Part shown: in pieces, positions 58,135 to 64,000 of the stretch
Position numbering within the stretch: position 1 is the first letter of the stretch
Layout: every line of letters begins with the position of its first letter
Origin: Octopus sinensis
Lineage: Eukaryota
Assembly (NCBI RefSeq): GCF_006345805.1
Contig: NC_043021.1
Span: 9,796,001 to 9,860,000, forward strand
Direction of reading: 5' to 3'
DNA length: 64,000 nt
Program-made: the position numbers and the translations under genes
The notes under the pieces: model-generated
Told to the model about the DNA's origin: nothing
The model's input: only the letters and a program-made list of their open reading frames with translations
The model's database searches: none

Positions 58135-60989
58135 CCTCCCAAGAGCTGTCACAAAGCTACCTCTCTTCCTCTCAAATACTGCCCCACTTAATTAACTCAT
58201 TAGCATTTGTCTGGCCTAAATATTCTATCTGTTTTATGATCAAACCGGTTAGATCCAGCCTCTTGCACCTGGTTGGCAATGTCATTCTAAAAATAAACAA
58301 TTACATCATTGAAATCTCAAAGCTATGAGACAACATGCGATATCTTTAAAAGAATCCAAATTAATAAGCATTACAGTCGACATTTCAGAAGGCTGCAGGT
58401 TTCCAATCTCTACCTTCAACCATAGATCTATTTTATCAGTTTTGACTTGGTAGTTAAACACCAACTATTCTTATGAATACAAGCAAATAAGGGAGGCCTG
58501 AATGCTATCATTCAACTGGTTAGAATAAGCAATTTAATTTCCCTTCATTCATAACCTATTGTCTTCAAAAATGGAAAACTCTGAAGAATGTGGTATATAC
58601 ATTCCCTTAACAAAAACAAAAAAAAAAAGACAGGACAGTTATGGTTGGAACATAGTTGATTGTAAGTCTGGTGAGGAGCTAAATAACAACAATAAAACTC
58701 ATATTAAAGCATAGTTTCTTGGTCTGTGAGAATAGCAGTCAAATCACCCTCAAATCACATTCTATCATGTTAAAATGGGAAGAGCACGTCAGATAAAATT
58801 AGTCCTAGATGTCATAGACTTGTGAATGCTTCTGTCGTAGACAACGGATGAAGATTCTGTCGTTTCTTGCTGAACAAGCGGCAGAGATGATTTGTTTATC
58901 GTGATCTAATATTTGTGCTAGCTTGAAATTAAGACATCAAGGCTAGAATGCCTTTATTCGTAAGTCTGCTAGATCAGAGATGACAGAGCTACACAACAAC
59001 TGCCGCAATCCTATAAAGTCTAAAGTGGAAAAGTGGATGTAAATAATAATAAATATAAATGAATAAATAAAATGCTAAAGTATTTCATAATTGAGAGGCT
59101 GGTCATATGAAGGACAATCCTTCATTGTAAACATTCATTCCTGCAATATGCTAGCACCATCTGAAATCTGAAATAACAACAGAGCCCCTTTGTGGTCTCT
59201 CAACTTGCAGGAAACAGCATCCAAATGTGACTCATACGATATCAAGGCACCTAAGACCACCCCTGAGTCTATGATACAAACTTCTTGTTCCAAAGTGACC
59301 TAAATTAAAACCACCCCGTCAAAATTTCATATTAATTTATGCCCCAAACACCAGCTTTAATGATGGTAAAGTTATTTCACTAAACTCTCCATTATTTTCA
59401 AACTTATAACACAGCTAAGATATATCATATGGAAGAAAAAAAAAAGAGAAAAGAAAAAAGAAAAAAAACACATTTAAGCAAAGATTTACTCACAAAGGGC
59501 TGACCTGGAGTTAAACAGCAACAGCAACCTCTGAAATTCTTGCCAATTAGAAGGCTTGTCAACCCATTGGGCATGGACTAAACCCTGTGTCCTGTTGTGT
59601 CAATCCTTATAAAAAACAGTGTTCTGTCTCATTTTAGTCTAGATACATACTGAAGACTATAGACAGCCAAGATCTTCACTGGCAACTCAAATGATTGATT
59701 CAATGACTTACAGGATTATTGTTTAGTTCTAAATGAGGTCCGATTCAGCAGATCTTTGACCAAGAGTATTCCTGCTTTGATCATCCTGTCTTTTTAAGAA
59801 GCATCTAATCTATCTTATTCCTATCTTTTCCTAATGCTGGTAGGATGTGATTTGAAGGATGTTTGCCAACTATTTTGATCAGGTCAAATGAGTAATTATT
59901 TAGAAGCTTCTTTGTTATGTTGAGACGGTTACAGAATATTACTACATAGATGGTGTCATTCAAGTTGATAACAGTCAATATGATGAATTTATAATAGTTG
60001 GCGTCAATGGTAAAATCTACTCTAAACAATTGCATATCCAAACATAGATAAAAAATATATGCATAAATAAATTTATGCACCAACTTGTCTAGACCAGGTT
60101 TACATGCAATATGAGCTAAAATGCAAAATCCTTGACTTAATAGGTTTGTTAGTATGGATACAAAAAGCTGCAATAGAATATTTAAAATTTAATCAGTCAC
60201 TCTAATTAAAAAGAGTATTGCAACAGAAAAGTTATTTTAATGAAGTGAGGTTATTAAGTTTGGTGAATAAAAAAGTTCAGAATATGTGATGTAGTTCAAC
60301 TAAAAACATGTCTAATATACAAAGGCTAACTGTTCCCTGAGTATCAATGTGTGTAAAATAAAATTTTTTAAAATTCTTCAGAGTAAAATTTTACTAATTA
60401 AGAACACATAAAAATATCACTGAGTCAACCAGACTATTGGATGTTTTAATACACCTCTGGTTTTAATACACACTTTCTCACACTGTTATAGCTTTCGAAT
60501 GATGCCACCCAGCTGGATGGATGGACAGGTCATCATCCACCCTGAACAGAACACCAGTCTGTTGCAAGGTTGCCCATTTGCAGTTGAGTGGACTGGAGCA
60601 ACATGAAACAAAGTGTTTTGCTCAAGAACACAATGCACTGAACGTCTGGGAATTGAAACCATGATCTTGTGATCTCAAGTGCAACATCCTAACCACTAGA
60701 TCATGCATCTTGACAGATGAAGATATAACTGCTGATTGGTTGGTGTATTGAGATTTCACCTGTGGTATAAAGCAAAGTGCATGAAATCATGTGGTGGTCA
60801 ATTTGTTACAAGGAGGAATAAATTCCATCTTTTGCATGAGATAGTCCAAGATGGCCCTCATCGCTTTGATGGATGAATATGGATCCTTATATAAATATAT
60901 CTCAACCAAAACAAAGTACATGTTCAAATCATGCAAGCCAGTCAATGTATCATCTCAGCTTAGACTTCTTGACCATTGGACATTATGTC

Positions 60990-61469
60990 AGCCCCCACTG
61001 CCGGCCCAATGGTTTCCCTTCATGGCAGAATTAATAGTCAGGACTATTTTATCTCATCAAATTCATCCTATGTTTGTGAAACTCTTCCCGGAGGGAAACG
61101 CAATCTTTCAGGATGATAATGTGCCAATTCTCACAGCTAAAGTTGTTTGTTACTGAATGGCACGAGGAACATTCTAGTGAAGTTGAACATCTTATCTGGC
61201 CACCACAGTCCCCAGATCTCAATATTATTGAACATTTATGGTGCATATTAGAAAAACAAGTAAGGAGTTGATATCCTCCACCATCATCACTACAAAAAGT
61301 GGAGACTGTTTTAGCTGAAGAATGGACAAAAATTCCTTTGGAAACAATTCAAGCTTTGTACGAGTCCATACCTCATAGAATTCAAGCTGTAATTACTGCC
61401 AAAGATGGTCCTACCCCATATTAAATTTGTTTGAGATTTTAAGGTGTTTCCATTATTTTGTCCAACCCC

Positions 61470-61471
<2 letters not shown>
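60990..61471 (+). mobile_element. Tc1-like transposase C-terminal relic with right TIR
   Basis: IFQDDN...(frameshift)EWHEEHSSEVEHLIWPPQSPDLNIIEHLW...IQAVITAKDGPTPY* (DD34E-type); TIR reverse complement CAGGGGTTGGACAAAATAATGGAAACAC. Confidence 0.85.
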
Positions 61472-61515
<44 letters not shown>

Positions 61516-61905
61516 TGCGTGTATGTATGTGTGTGTGTGTGTTTATATGTGGCCTTGGCTTGACATCATGTGTTGGTTGCAAATGAGCACCTGTTTTGCA
61601 AGTAATAGTTTGATTCCAGTCCTTTATGTGAAAAAAAAAATTAAAATAACTGGTCGTGGGAAAATATTACCTAGCTTGGGAACTCTAATGAATGATACAA
61701 CTAAATGCACTATAAAACAATTTTGTCTGGAACGCTAGTAATTGTACTATCCACTGCATTAACATTTGAAACAAAGAGCAGCAATGGTTTTGTGTCATTG
61801 AAATAATAGATGAAATAAGTAGCAGGAAGGAGAGAGCAAATGCGCTCACTGACACATACTCAACCCACAAACAATAGCAGCAAGAAATTTTGTACACACC
61901 CCCAC

Positions 61906-62160
61906 TGGATATCTAAGCACCAATACCACCTATGAAAAAAGCAACATCACACATGCTTGATGTCCACACACCAATATTAACTATACTTGATATCCAACCA
62001 GCAATACCATTCGTATGGATATCAAAACAGCAATATCACACATTCACAATATCCAGTCGTTAACATGACCAATATATGATATCCAGGCAGCAACGCCACT
62101 CATACTGGATGTCAGAAAAGCAATACTATTCATACTGGATATCCAAAATGCGACAGTAAC
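61906..62160 (+). repeat. Decayed ~30-bp minisatellite
   Basis: GATATC-like starts at 61959, 61989, 62018, 62048, 62078, 62108, 62138. Confidence 0.65.
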
Positions 62161-64000
62161 AAAAGTGAGTGTTTCACAGCAATATCACCTCCCTTCATAT
62201 TTGATTATCAAGTTTTTTTATCCAGCAAGGTCTACGAAAGTTAAAAAAGAGTTTTGGAAATTTTACAGAAATTATATTTGTGGTTGGTATGAGAAAGAGC
62301 ATTCAGCCATAGAAATTCTTTTCTACTCTAGGCAGAAGGCCCAAAATTTTTGGGGGAAGTGTGTGTGTGGAGGGGGGGGGGGGGCAGTTGATTAGATTGA
62401 CTCCAGTGTGCAACTGGTACTTAATTTATCAACCCTGAAAGGATGAAAAGCAAAATCAACCTTGGCGGAATTTGAACTCAGAGCATAAAGACAGACGAAA
62501 TACTGCTAAGCATTTCATCCAGCGTGTTAACGTTTCTGCCAGCTCACTGCCTTAGAAATTGAACCCAAAAATGAAACATTTGCATGACATGCAGTTTTCT
62601 GACCTGTCTAGGTGAGCAGTACCTACTGAAAATGGGTTGATTCCAACCATGGCCACTTGGTCAAGCCATACCAGCATGGCAAGCAGACATAAACAATAAT
62701 TCTTTCTACTTTGGGCTCAGGGCCTGAAATTTTGTAGGGAAGAAGCTAGTTCATTTACATTGACCCCAGTGCTTCACTGGGACTTATTTCATTGACCCTG
62801 AAAGAATGAGGAACAAAGCTGACCTCAGTGGCATTTGAATTCCAAACGCCAAGCACAAAGAAATGTTGCTAAGCGTTTTGTCCAGCGTGGCAACAGTTCT
62901 GACAGCTTGCCACCTTGGACACAAATAATGATAATGATGATTATTATCATTGTTTAATGTCTGCCTTCCATTGGTTTCAAATTTTGACACGAAGCCAGCA
63001 ATTTTGGAGGATGGGGTAAATCAATTACATTGACCTCAATACTCAACTGGTACTTATTTTACTGACCCTGAAAGGATGAATGGCAAAAATAACCCCTGGC
63101 TGAATTAGAACTCAGAATGTAAAGATGGACAAAATGCCACAAAACATTTTGCCAGCTTGCTGCTTTGGATGTAAACAATGATAAAGATATTGCTAGGAAC
63201 ATGACACAAATTCAAGGACTCAATCTCCAATGATGTGATAGTGCTTAATTATTATCAAAATCTTCACTAATAACAAATAATTGAGCAAGAAGTAAAGATA
63301 ATAGACAAATTATCATCATTTGCTAAGTAATTAATATTAGGCTAGGTTATTATAATGACAGTTGGCCAATATATATATATATATATACAGCTGCATAAGA
63401 GACTAAACCTAATACTGGTGGCTATGTCCACATGACTACCATCATTTACAAAGTAGTTAATGATAGGGGTGTTTTAATGACAGATGATGAATATAGGCAC
63501 AGTCACGGCTGTGTGGGTAAGAAGCTTGACACCCAACCATATGGCCTTGGGTTCAGTCCTATAAACATTGACAACCGATGTTGGTATGTTTATGTCCCTG
63601 TAACTTAGTGTTTCAGCAAAAGAGACTGACAGAATAAGTACCAGGCTTTAAAAAAATGAAAGTACTGGGGTTGATTTATTCAACTAAAATTCCTCAAGGT
63701 GGTGCCCCAGCATGGCAACAATCCAATGACTGAAACAGGTAAAAGATAAAAAGCGATTTTATTTGCAGACTTGAAATTTTGTCAGCAGCTGTATAAATAC
63801 CAAGGATTCACTATTATGAATTTTTAATTAAGTTATGGATATATACATATATATATGTAGGTGTTGTATTATTCATAATATTTTGAACAGCGTTTGGAAG
63901 GTCTTTATCACTTTTGTTATCAATATAACCTACTTCACCAGACAAAAATTCAGAAACATGTTTATCTGAATCAACCAAAGACAAGTCAGTTATTTTCTCT

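Overview
AT-rich, intron-containing animal genomic DNA. It is dense in tRNA-derived SINEs, (TA)n/(CA)n microsatellites and DNA-transposon relics. The repeat families look like those of Octopus (coleoid cephalopod); this is inferred from recall, not a database hit. Three spliced genes can be built with canonical GT-AG sites and consistent intron phases. (1) The 3' five exons of mitochondrial peptidyl-tRNA hydrolase ICT1/MRPL58 (+, 909-6357, GGQ motif). (2) A complete NDUFS6 (+, 10987-17617, 147 aa) lacking two of the three canonical zinc-binding cysteines and carrying a C-terminal extension. (3) An 11-exon, ~3496-aa protein (-, 56812-27156) with an N-terminal DUF3715/PARP-like domain of the TASOR/TEX15 transposon-silencing family, a 7191-nt exon, clustered DPR motifs and an EEGEL motif. 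The most notable non-coding signal is a Penelope-like repeat with a minimal hammerhead ribozyme whose C3-G8 core pair appears swapped to G3-C8. Also present are self-inverted retroposon insertions with target-site duplications (TSDs), a TIR element with an amplified 31-bp minisatellite, and piggyBac, mariner, Tc1, RTE and Helitron-like relics. All homology statements come from motif recall; no searches were run.
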